A stretch of 64,000 bases of DNA from Octopus bimaculoides (lineage: Eukaryota). The notes under the pieces were generated by a model. It was given only the letters and a program-made list of their open reading frames with translations. It was not told the origin of the DNA and made no database searches. Location of the stretch: contig NC_068994.1 in assembly GCF_001194135.2 (NCBI RefSeq), positions 36,830,975 to 36,894,974 on the forward strand, given 5' to 3'. The first letter of the stretch is position 1. Each line of letters begins with the position of its first letter. Positions 1 to 12,359 of this stretch are shown here, in pieces. The position numbers and the translations under genes are program-made.

Positions 1-2463
1 TGCTCTGTAAATAATAAGTGTCAGTACCATTAAAGTGCAGACAAATTTGGTTGGAGAATGCATTTAAAAATAATTACTATGGTTCATTGTTATAAATGAT
101 GTCGAAAGACATACCTTACAAACAGATTTCTCTAACTCACTTATGATATGATTTTGTATACAAAATTTCTTCAGAAATCATCTCATCAGAGCTATTCATT
201 TTGTTTAGATATCATATATAAAAACGAACTGGCAGCAATAGAAATGAAAATTTTTCTTTTTCTTTTTAAAATCAGCATATTTTGATAATGATTAAGATTC
301 TATTATTTTTTTTTTTAATTTACCATTTGTTTTCTACTGTGTGGGCACAACCACTCAAAAAATACTGTTTTCTAAAGATAACTAGTAAATCTTAGTGTGT
401 GATTTATTATCATTAAGTGTCTTTCATGACAGCCAACTACTATACTTCATTTAGTACGAATAAAGACAAATTAAGTATTTGGTTGTATATAGTGGACAGA
501 AAAATAAAATAAAAATTTTCTAGTTGGTGGATACTAGCAGAATGGCTCTCAGCAACTATCTTTTTCTAATAAGATTTCACTAATCTGCTGTTAAATTGAG
601 AATTGGTCTGATGTATTTTTGACTTGAATCAAATTGCTTTCTGTTACATTTAGTAGCTTCTTTGAACAGATAATAATAAAAAATAAAAACATAATGGTGT
701 AGCAAATTAAATGCTTTATAACTTGACCAAATTAGTCACCTGAGCATACAACCAATCATCAGGACATACTCCAAACCACAATTTCCTACAACTGGACAGT
801 GTAATATGAAAAGATTGAAAAAAAAAAAAAAAATCTCCAAGTGTCTGGTAATAGTCACACTTCCCTATTGTATAATGATTTCCCCAGTATATTTCAATAT
901 GTTAATTTATTGGAAGGTTTTAGAAAACAAAAAAAAAAAAATGAACAAAAAAGTCATTAAAGAATGAAAACAAAATAAAATTGATAGAAATGGTTTAGAA
1001 ATTATGAAGTATATAGTAAAAGTGACATGGTAATCACAATTAATATATTGATGCTGATGTTGGAAACTATACAACAAAAAATACTTAATCAACGGTTGAG
1101 TAGGTTTATTTTAAAGAAGTATAGACAAATTTAATCTATATTTAAACTATTGTTGATATTTTTTTTTAATGTATAGATTAACAATAACAAAAGAACCACA
1201 CCATTATCTTCTATTGATAATATGGTAATGAAAATGCAACTAACACATTTTAGTATATGAAGACATCCTGAAAGGTAACTATCAACACAAATCTGGCTTC
1301 ATAACGTATTTAAAAAAAATTTGTTTTGATCTAAAGTCATGAACCAAAATGATAACCAAATTGTTTTCTATTTGTCTATTTTGTAATGTTAGGTAGAGTA
1401 ATAATGTTTTATATTTTACACTACAAGAGAAATGCTGTTTTCCTTCTTATTTTTATTTTTTGCTTTGCTCTCTTTGTTTTATTTCTATTTTTTGTTTTCT
1501 ACCCAAGATGTCTTCTAGTGAACAATAATCAAAATAAATTAATGGCTATGGTAATTCATTTTATCATATAATAAACCACTTTAACATTGTTGTCTATTTT
1601 ATAAAATGATAAATGTAATTTGATATGGATATTTCTACTTTTATTTTCATGATATACAGTACTAACAGGCTAAATAACACACACACACACATGTTAGTGT
1701 GTGTGTGTATTGTACATACATATATATACACATACATATTGTTTGATTCTAAGACGACAAGAACAACATGTTCTGCTAGCTAGATACAGCTACTACTTCC
1801 AGTTAAAAACAATAGAATGACAAATAGATTTGAAAGAAAAGTGATATTAGTGGCCTAACATAAAGGGTTATAGCTACATTAGGAAAATTATGTAGAGTAA
1901 AAACAGAAAGGAAAGTCACTGGAACCCTTGGAGCTATCATCATAATGGCTATAGTTAAAAAAACAAACACACTCACAAAACATAAAACCAAGAAGGACAT
2001 TGACAGAGTAAATGCATTTTCTGTTTATATATATGTATGTAAACAGAAAATGCTTATATATAAGCCTATGTGTATATGTACATACATACATATATATATA
2101 ATGTGTGTGTGTATGTGTGTGTATGCATGTGTGTGTGTAGAAATACATCCATAAACATGAGGCATGAAAAATTATTTAGCCTGAGTGAAAATAATTGGGT
2201 TGCAAGAAAAAAAATGATTAATGACCTAACCCTGAAGTAATGTGGAATAAAGCAGAGAAATTGTGAAAATAATTGGTTAATAAAATCATACTCTTTTTAT
2301 GCATGTAATAAATGAAGTGATGTCTCTTGAGCATGTGTGTATCTGTACATGCTTGTCATGAGAACACTTCTCTGTGTGTAAAATCTATATATGCACAACA
2401 TAAAAACATGCAGCCATCAATTGATACCCACATGAATATTTAGTGTGCCTAGTGTGTGGGTAG

Positions 2464-2508
<45 letters not shown>

Positions 2509-3294
2509 NNNNNNNNNNNNNNNNNNNNNNNNNNNNNNNNNNNNNNNNNNNNNNNNNNNNNNNNNNNNNNNNNNNNNNNNNNNNNNNNNNNNNNNNNNNN
2601 NNNNNNNNTATATATATATATATATATATGTAGGTATATATATGTATATATATGAGTATATATACATGCATGTATATGTATATATATAAATGTATATATA
2701 TACATATATATATATATATGTAGGTATTTATATGTATATATAAGTGTATATGTAGGTATATATATATATGTACGTATTTATATGTATATATCTTTATATA
2801 TATATATATATATAAAGATATATATGTGTACATAAATGTACGCATTCATACTTATGTCCACAAACACTCTCACATAGAAACACACAACCATACACTGAAT
2901 ATGGATTATGGTTTGCTCTATAAATTTTAATAGATATTTTATCTAATATCCATGAATATAGATTGTGTTATATCCAAGTATATTTAAATGCAGAACTGTA
3001 CACATTTTCATAGCTCTGTACGTTTGTGTAGAGTGTACTAACAAATACTTTTGGGGTATTTCATTTATACATTAAAAAAATTAAAGCATCATCAGACAGG
3101 CATACACACACGCCCATATGCATGCATACACATACACACATATGCAATGTTTATTTGAAGTTGTAGCTTCCTGAGTCACATCCCTCAGTTTCACGTTGTC
3201 ACTTCTTTAAACATTTTAACAATTGGTGTTGTGAAACTCGGAGTTATGATTCAGGAAGTTTTAGGCGTAAATAAATATCACACATACACGCGCG

Positions 3295-3343
<49 letters not shown>

Positions 3344-4618
3344 ATTACTAAGTACTTTTTTCTCCAATTTTTAAACACAAATGTCTCTGTCTATCTCTCT
3401 CTTCCTCTGTGCGTGTGCATGCAAATATATATATATATGTGTGTATGACTATATATATAAATATATATATATATTCATAAGTAGATAATGTATACATACA
3501 TATACACATTCATATATGCTCACATGCACATGCACACATATGCACACACACACACACACACACGCGTCCATATGTTTCTCTGAGTGTGTAGTCAACAGAC
3601 ACCTTTTAAACATTTCTGCCTCAGTTGCTCCTTTTTGCTTGTTTTCGGTTTTACCTTGTCTTTCATTCTCTCCCAACCCACCACCATCTATTCTGAAGGT
3701 TATGTCCAAAGTGTTACGTTAATTTATTTCGTGAACCCATCTCATATCATTATTATTTTTCTCTTTTACCACACACACACACACACACACATACACACAC
3801 ACGATAGACTGTTTCAAATGATGCTGTCTACAACATTCTTTAAATGAATTTCAGAAGCAAATAAAACTCCATTTCTGTTTATCTAAATTTCATTATAGGA
3901 ACTTAATATTATGAAGCAGAAAAGCCCCAGAGTTTGATAATTTACTCTATTTCTATTCTGACTTCTTAGTCTGTGTCTCATTACTCTGAGATTGATAAAA
4001 TTATAAACTGAGATATGTACAGTGTATGTTTGTGAAGAGGTAAATCACCCAACTGTATCCAACTTCCTTACAATAAGAGATTTATGTCTTGCTCTCAAGT
4101 ATTTCTCTCATAATTTCTCACTGAAAGCAACATATAAAATACAGCCATCCTTTGTGTTACAGAAACGTTGCTTTCCTCAAATCCTTACTGCAATGTGGAA
4201 TTCCATAACACAGAGTCTATTTTCCATGTTACAGAACAGTTGGCAAATACTTGCCACATTATATAAAATGGTAGCCAATTAGAAATGTGTTTTACATTAT
4301 AGAATTTCATGTTATGGCAACATTTTTAGAAGCATGTTGCTCTCATTATGTGGGGCAGTATGTTTGCATAAATTATCAGCTTCCTTTCCATTCATATTTT
4401 CCTGCAAGAGTTCACACTGAACACAAACTACTATTAACCATTTACAATCTTTTGAAAGGCAAGTGCCCCATAACATTAGCTTTTCCATTCATTATGACAA
4501 TTGAACTTCTGGGTGTTCTACAAAATCACCTTTACACTGCTAATGTTAACAAAATGAAACAAAACTAAGTGATTCTACAGTTAACCTTCTCAAAAATCTA
4601 GATTTTAAGGTGTTTAGT

Positions 4619-4670
<52 letters not shown>

Positions 4671-4798
4671 TAAGCTTTTCCTCTATTCACCTACATTCCT
4701 TTAAATAATTGACACTCCCACAATCACCACTGTCTTCATAGCTGTTGTTGTTAGTATTGAACAAATGACTTAGAAATCCAAGAAAAAATTAGATTTAC

Positions 4799-4909
4799 CA
4801 AATTTTACATTTCGAAATAGCTTTCTTTGGAATGGTAGGCAGAAATGTGATCATCATTGACAGCAGTGATAATGCAAACAAGTACACCTCAAAACTTTTA
4901 ATGAAACAC
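4799..4909 (-). CDS. Candidate 111-nt hydrophobic exon (xCFIKSFEVYLFALSLLSMMITFLPTIPKKAISKCKIx), phase 2-2
   Basis: tttttag|G ... TTTG|gtaaat; only one frame is open; upstream intron side is T-rich. Confidence 0.3.
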
Positions 4910-5633
4910 CTAAAAATTTAGATATTTATACATATACAATATAGTACAGAAAAAAAACTGTAATGTAAAATGAAAATAATTTAAATGAAAAAAAATTGCT
5001 AACGTTTTAGAGAAAATGGAGTAATTTGATTTGAGCCAGGTGAAAAAAAAAAAAAAAGAAAATAGTTGCGATATACCATATCACAAAAGCCATTGCCTCC
5101 TTTTTTTTATGAAATTACCCAAGGAGGAAAGTCATCTACCATGCTTTTTTACATAGAGGGGGTTTCCACGTGTTCTTTAAGGAAGCATTATTTGAAGTGC
5201 TGGTTATGTATAGTATGATGTATTCTCTATCAACTAGGGAAGAGTGTGAGGAAACGTGTGCCTTGCCTTTAAATTGAGGACAAGGTGAAAAAAAAGGCCA
5301 AATTCGTGTATGGCAAACTTGTTCACAGATTGGCTCTATATTATATGGTGAGACAAAACATGAGAGTAATGGTCAGTCTTGCAACATTGCGGAAAATAAT
5401 GATTAATCTAGGAACTGCAAGGGAAGAAGAGCCCACAAAAATAAGTAAGCACAGACAAAAGATTAACATGTAACTGGATGTCCCTGATGAAGATATGCCC
5501 ATGCCTACCCTATTAGTGTGTCTGAAGTTATTGTAATCTAAAAGGAGGATTCTGATCTTCTTCATTTAGAGGCAACCCTAAAAGAATTTATAATAACACC
5601 AAAATAGTTAGGTTCAGAATATAAATGACATGT

Positions 5634-5804
5634 AAAGTTAAAATTAAAACACAATATTGAATATAAAAATGAATATCTTTCTGAAGATGTTGGTGTGTTT
5701 CAGAATCAGATACATTCAAAGAAGTTTAATGCTGCATCCCATTGTACACAAATGCTGTTTTAGAAATGTTTAAGTGAACAACTTCATGGAATACTCATCT
5801 CAAC
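5634..5804 (+). repeat. 171-bp direct duplicate, copy 1
   Basis: Identical to 8065-8235 except at 3 positions. Confidence 0.95.
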
Positions 5805-6133
5805 CTAACCATTAAGCATTCATTATTTCTTTAAAATATTGTTTTAATTATTGTGTGTTTTATCTTTTTTTATTATTTCAATACAAATATGTGTGTATGT
5901 ATACATTCATACATGTGTGCTTGTGTGTATATGTGTGTGGAAATATGTGAGTGTATAGTTATAAAATTTTTGTTACATTTTATTTTTATTGTACAATGTC
6001 TCTCTTGCTGTCTTCCTTTGTAAATGTGTTTTAATTTTTCACATACCATGGTGCCTTTTGTTTTCTTTGTAACCCTTGTTGAAGGCTTTGTATTTTTTGT
6101 ATCTCTTTGAATAGTTGGGGCTAATGAAGAAAA

Positions 6134-6137
<4 letters not shown>

Positions 6138-6206
<69 letters not shown>

Positions 6207-6230
6207 CATTATTATTATTATTGTTGTTGT
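6138..6230 (+). repeat. (ATT)n microsatellite
   Basis: Direct reading; explains the poly-Ile ORFs. Confidence 0.97.
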
Positions 6231-6298
6231 TGTCATCATCCTTGTTAATGTTATGATTACTTTGAGCCCTACATCATTTCATTATGAAAAAGAAAATA

Positions 6299-6330
<32 letters not shown>

Positions 6331-7180
6331 ATACATATATGTGTGTATGTATATATTCACTCAAGGAAAGCCTTTTAATAAAATTGTTATTACAGTAATT
6401 AATTACTTTGCTCAAACTATAATTTATTGTCCTTTAATTAAAATTTTCAAGACCTTACTTAGTTAATTATGCTAGCATCTAATTTTTAATTGTAATTTCA
6501 ATTTTCAAAATCAGCTATGGGAGAACACCAAGGAACTAAAACAGCAACACTTCAGTTTCATTAGTTTTAATCTCCAGTTTGAACATTTTCCAAAATGTCA
6601 TTTAAAATTTTTTTTAATTTTTAATATAATATTTGACTTTTATAGCTTCATTTTCTAGTTAAATTTTATGAAACGAACTGCTAGACTTTTTATTTGCTAA
6701 ACTGATGAATTTAATATTTTAATTTAACATATTTGTGTTTAGAATGATTCTGATGCATTAGATTAATAAAGAAGAAATAAATTGAAGAACTGGACAAATT
6801 TCATATGATTTATTTATGGAGTATTATATGGTTAAATCTTATTTGCTTTCAAACTTTTGCAGTGTCCAATAGCATATACAGCAATGAATTCTTGTGTCTG
6901 TTGTTCAGATGATAATGGGAGTCTTATGATATGTAGAATATATTCAGTATTCTTAATGCTATAAAATGATATACCTTGTTTATAGCTTATGGTTCATTAA
7001 CCCTTTAAGTAGAAGAGTCATTGTTAAGCTATTCTGATAGTCATGCAATTTTTGTAAAATATAAAAATTCAATGTCAAATCATTATTTTTTCATGAACTT
7101 TTTCCTGCCGGATTGACATGTTCAAGCATTAATTAGTGCACCTACAGAGTTAATAGTTGGGATAACTATATTGAAAAGTT

Positions 7181-7460
7181 ATGTTTATCAATTTGTGTTC
7201 CAAGATTCCTGATGTGAAATTGTGTGTTGAAAGAGATATTGTTGTATTTCAGGATGGTCATTTTTACCTTTTTGCCAAATAAACAGTCGCTGAAGAGGTA
7301 ACAGATGTGTTATGAAAGATTTTCAGACAATGGACATGAGTTAAAATAACAAAAAATAAATAAATAAATAAAAACTGTAACAAATGAGTGAAGAACAAAT
7401 ATATAGTGTGTGTGTTTATTTGGCAAAAAATAAATGACTGTCCTAGAATACAACAATATA
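7181..7460. mobile_element. Second, internally deleted copy of the foldback family
   Basis: Arms 7236-7285 and 7411-7459 are inverted at about 80% identity; 7181-7260 matches the reverse complement of 59452-59530. Confidence 0.7.
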
Positions 7461-8064
7461 GTGAAAGTATTAAACTAAAATTGTTGTGTACTAATATATT
7501 TGAAATCAAATGGTCTGATGGAACTACAACTGTCTGAAAATATGAATGGAGTAAAAGTGTTCAAGAGAGTCACATATGATATCAAGCATCTCATTTTTAG
7601 ACATATTAAAGGTCAGATCTATGTGGCATATGTAAGAAATGCAATAGTGTGTGTCTGTAAGACTAGATGGTAAATGATGGCAATCTTGGCCAAATAGTTC
7701 AGTGTGGCTGATTAACCCGTTAGTTACCGTATTTCTAATAGAATATACTATCTATAAGTTACAGTGATTATCAAAATTATCAGCAATTTCTTGTTATTAA
7801 AATGGTGTTGAGAAATGTATTTAGTGTCAGGAAAGGTAGTTGGTATCAGGAAAGTTATCTAGCTGTAGAAACAATACCAAAGCAGACACTGGAGCTCAAC
7901 ACAGTCCTCTGGCTTGTCAGATCCTTTTGAATCATCGAACCCATGCCACCAGGCAAGATGGACATTAAATAATAATGACAATTATGATGAAAAGTATATG
8001 AGAGGAGTATTTTATTTAACTGCGAATGTATTGTGTCATAAAGGAATAGGTTTCAAGCAGTTTG

Positions 8065-8235
8065 AAAGTTAAAATTAAAACACAATATTGAATATAAAAA
8101 TGAATATCTTTCTGAAGAAATTGGTGTGTTTCAGAATCAGATACATTCAAAGAAGTTTAATGCTGCATCCCATTGTACACAAATACTGTTTTAGAAATGT
8201 TTAAGTGAACAACTTCATGGAATACTCATCTCAAC
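8065..8235 (+). repeat. 171-bp direct duplicate, copy 2
   Basis: Identical to 5634-5804 except at 3 positions; flanks are unrelated. Confidence 0.95.
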
Positions 8236-8854
8236 TTGTATCAAAAGGGTTATTGTGTAATACTATATTAGGAGAAAAACTGAACAGAAATTGGGAAAGT
8301 AGAGTGATATGAAAAGTATTAGCTAATAAACACTAGAGTTTCAGCTATATTTGTAATAGTAACTGACTTGATTGGAAAAGTGTAGTGATTTGATGCTGGA
8401 AGGACACATTAAAGAGTATATGAGAGAAAACTCTTAGGTTAGATCTGAGAATGTTGAGGTTCACATACAACTTAACACAAGTTAAGGAATCTGGAATAGT
8501 GGTTGTAAGATTAAGCCCATGTCATGATAGGAAAAGGGTTGTTAAGCTGCTAAAGAAAGGGATGTTTTAAATGAAACTTAAATTACCTGTCTTTCAAGTT
8601 AAAGGATTAGTAGTAAAAAAAATTCATAAAGCAACCCTTCCTTATTGAATAAGTAATCCATTGAAAGTAAGATGAACCAGTATTACAAAATTCACACACA
8701 CTCACACACACGGCTATCCCTGCAGCATTATAGGTCCCCAGGTAAAACAATGCACAAGTCCCCAACATATACAAATACAACTACGGCATACATAGATTAG
8801 CATTAGGCCCCCTGGACCTGTAGCAGCCTTGTACCAATGTCTTTCAATGGTACT

Positions 8855-8919
<65 letters not shown>

Positions 8920-9631
8920 CACACAAACAAAATATAAATATAATCTGTGAAGATTAATCGCAGACCAAAAAAGAAATATATTGTGTAATGAAAATTATGT
9001 GATACTAATTATGTTATTTGTTTTTACCATTCATTAAAATGTATTGCTTGTTTATATTCTCCATGTCTTGATGCTTGTGTAAAAACAAAAAACAAAAAAA
9101 ATCTCTTATACTGATTTAATATAAAATATAATCTTCTAGTAAGGTCATAGAAGTAATTTCAAGACACAAAGTATGTTATAAAGCACAAGACAAGCTCAGG
9201 ATTTCATGCTTCTATGACTAATGCTATTATATATAGTGTATGTTTTGTGCATGCATACAACTTTTATTTTTGATATTTTATACCAAACATTTTTATGGAT
9301 CTGAAAATGTAGATATTTATATTGTTTACCACAAGGTATTTTAGTGTGAAATGTTCTCTTTAATACCAATCACTTAACCAAGGAAACGAAAAAAAAAAAC
9401 AAAAAAAAGTGGTGTCTATTCTTAGCTAGATGCATTAAGATAAGAGGATGAACCCTTTTTACAAAATAGATGTACAAAGCCATGTCAATATCTTGATTTT
9501 ATTCATTACATTTTTAGCTTAACACTTCCATCACTTAGTCACTGTATCTATAGCAGCCTCAGCAATTCTCTAAGAGGTTCAGATTTCGCAGAGAAAATAT
9601 ATTTAGGAATGTCCTTGTAGAAAATACATAC

Positions 9632-9688
9632 ATAAAGAAAAATGTAAGTGCAATGTGGATTAAAATAGGAATAGAACTCATCATCGTA
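9632..9688 (-). CDS. Candidate 57-nt hydrophobic exon (xTMMSSIPILIHIALTFFFx), phase 2-2
   Basis: Acceptor tttattttctatgggtttcag, donor AT|gtatgt; a second frame (YDDEFYSYFNPHCTYIFLY) is also open. Confidence 0.25.
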
Positions 9689-10094
9689 CTGAAACCCATA
9701 GAAAATAAATGGTAAAGGCAAGACAATTATTTATAAAATTAACAAATTATCACCTTCTAATCAAAGTGTACTATCAATATCACAAAAGCAATAGCAATAC
9801 CAATCTGCTCTTGAAATAAAGCAATAAACTTAGTATATTATAATACATCAAAGATATCCTAAGGATATAACATATGTACAACTGAAATATTGTTTTATTA
9901 CTGAATAATCAGAAGTTAACTAGGGAGCTTCTACATAAACACTTGACTTGCCAGGAATAGCAACCAGATTCTCTTGGATACATCATAGTATCTTGAAAAA
10001 ACAACAAATTGGAGAATACAGTCTGTGAAATACAAAGGATGGGATGTTGAGTGTCAGAACATCTCATGTTTGATCATGAGTATGTTCAAGGCAT

Positions 10095-10472
10095 TGTTGT
10101 TGGCACTCCGTTGCTTACGACGTCGAGGGTTCCAGTTGATCTGATCAACGGAACAGCCTGCTCGTAAAATTAACATGCTGAGCACTCCACAGACACGTGT
10201 ACCCTTAATGCAGTTCTCGGGGATATTCAGCGTGACACAGTGTGACAAAGCTGGCCCTTTGAAATGCAGGTACAACAGAAGCAGGAAGAAAGAGTGAGAG
10301 AAAGTTGTGGTGGAAGAGTACAGCAGGGTTCGCCACCATCCCCTGCCGGAGCCTCGTGGAGCTTTAGGTGTTTTCGCTCAAAAAACACTCACAATGCCCG
10401 GTCAGGGAATCGAAACCGCGATCCTATGACCGCGAGTCCGCTGCCCTAACCACTGGGCCATTGCACCTCCAC
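10095..10472 (-). mobile_element. Full-length tRNA(Arg)-derived SINE (octopus OR-type) with a 12-bp TSD
   Basis: Minus head GTGGAGGTGCAATGGCCCAGTGGTTAGGGCAGCGGACTCGCGG...GTTTCGATTCCC with A and B boxes; TSD tgttcaaggcat at 10083-10094 and 10473-10484. Confidence 0.9.
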
Positions 10473-11354
10473 TGTTCAAGGCATACCTAGGACTCAACAG
10501 CAACAACGAATATAACTCTTCATGACAATTGCAAAGTCATGAAGAGTCTCTTCAGTGTCGCTTGGCCTGTAAGAAATAACAACAATGTTCCCTTAAGAAA
10601 ACACCTCATTATCTCTCTCTTTCTCTCTCACACACACACACACAACATCAAAATCATAACACATGATGTATTATGCAGGCTGCAAATACTTTGTATGAAA
10701 ATAAGATGGGATGGTCGTAGCTGGAATGCTTTGATTGTAGTGGCTAAAAAAACTACTATCAAATAACTCTTATTGAGATGAATAAATAAGTTTCCCACAA
10801 AACTATCGAAGTCTTATCCTCAGAAGATAACAGAAGCAACACAACAGAAGCCTTATGAAACTCAATAAAACCTGCACAACTTCTAAAGAACAAGTTTAAT
10901 GCATAAATCTATCATATTAACAGATCAATCTGCCTCATTAATTGCTTCACTAAGTCTAAACTATTATATAAATAATATAATATGAAGCTTGAGGCATTAA
11001 AACATACACATATCAGAGGCATTTCCTGCATGAATACATGACATGCAATACATGCATAATATATATATATAAAATGAATGCAATAAGAAATCATATTTTA
11101 ATATAAACTGTTCATTTTTATGAGAGACAGCTGGAAAGAGGGAACATACCTGTTATATGTAGATGTACTCTACTTCCATTTTATTGCTTTGATTTTTTAA
11201 AGTAGCATACCCTGGCTTTTAAGTACTAGGAATTACTCACACATACATAGACTCATTCTGACTCATAGACAAGCACACACACACACATGCACACAACACA
11301 CACACACATTTTGGTTGAGTTAATTTCTTGCTACTTAATTTCTCTCGTTTGCAG

Positions 11355-11413
11355 AAGAACTGGTACACCCACAGGAAAAACATGCAGGGTAGTAAGAGGC
11401 TGGCTCAACCAAG
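11355..11413 (+). CDS. Candidate 59-nt exon (KNWYTHRKNMQGSKRLAQP or RTGTPTGKTCRVVRGWLNQ)
   Basis: Acceptor tttctctcgtttgcag and donor CAAG|gtaaaa; GC-richer than the flanks; reading frame unresolved. Confidence 0.35.
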
Positions 11414-11477
11414 GTAAAAATATTCCAAATCTCTGCTATAGTACTGACTACTCTTCATTCTGACAGTCAAAACAACC

Positions 11478-11575
<98 letters not shown>

Positions 11576-11602
11576 ATTTATATGTATATGTCTATATACA
11601 TA

Positions 11603-12014
11603 TCTTTTTACTTGTTTCAGTCATTAGACTGTGGCCATGCTGGAGTACTGCCTTGAAAACTTTTTAGTTAAATGAATTGATACCAGTACTTATTTTTTCT
11701 TAAGCCTGGTACTTATTATGTCAGTTTCATTTGCCGGATGGCTAATTTACAGGGATGTAAACACACCAACACCGGTTATCAAGTGGTGATGAGGGACAAA
11801 CACAGGCACGATGACACACACACACACACATATATATATATATGTATATACAATGGGTTTCTTTCAGTTTCTATCTACCAACTCCACTCACAAGGCTTTG
11901 GTCAGCCTGAGGCTATAGTAGAAAACACTTGCCCAAGGTGCTGTATAGTGGGACTGAATCTGGAATCATGTGGTTGGGACACAGGCTTTTTACCATTCAG
12001 CTACGCCTGTGCCT
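11603..12014 (-). mobile_element. SINE family A copy, diverged
   Basis: Same blocks (cttgtttcagtcatt...actcacaaggctttggt...acacttgcccaaggtg). Confidence 0.85.
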
Positions 12015-12210
12015 AGCCACTTATATACATACAGACATGCACTCACATATCATTGTCATCATCAGGATCATCATCATCATCAAAGTATTTATGTTAACTT
12101 TTCCATGCTTGCATGAGTCATAGATAATTCATTGAGAGAGATTTTCTATGGTTAGATTCCCTTTCTATTGGCAACCTTGGAAAAGGATTTCCAGTAACAG
12201 TTCTTTAAAA

Positions 12211-12359
12211 TAAAGACTATTTGCCAACACAATGTGGCTGTCCTGGATGGGACGATTGTTACTGTTGTTTAGCCCCTGGAAACGATGCTTCCTGGAGCTA
12301 AACAACAGTAACAGTCATTCCATCCAGGACAGACACGTTATGTTGGCAAATAGTTTTTA
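12211..12359. repeat. Long inverted repeat (61-bp arms, 17-nt loop)
   Basis: 12216-12276 versus the reverse complement of 12294-12354: 7 differences. Confidence 0.92.

Noticed and set aside
1803-2000. Hydrophobic 65-aa minus ORF, also 1386-1571 plus
   Set aside because: Hydrophobicity is explained by T-richness; the plus strand here faintly resembles a decayed non-LTR RLE end.
7286-7332. Hammerhead-like CUGAAGA-G-[6-bp stem]-GAAA...UUC
   Set aside because: The first pair of stem I is a G-A mismatch, stem III relies on G-U, and the homologous 59 kb copy lacks the motif. It also shows that near-matches can arise by chance.
10400-10472. tRNA-like cloverleaf heads (also 47103, 15830, 44799)
   Set aside because: They run directly into SINE bodies and lack a proper acceptor stem and terminator, so they are not tRNA genes.
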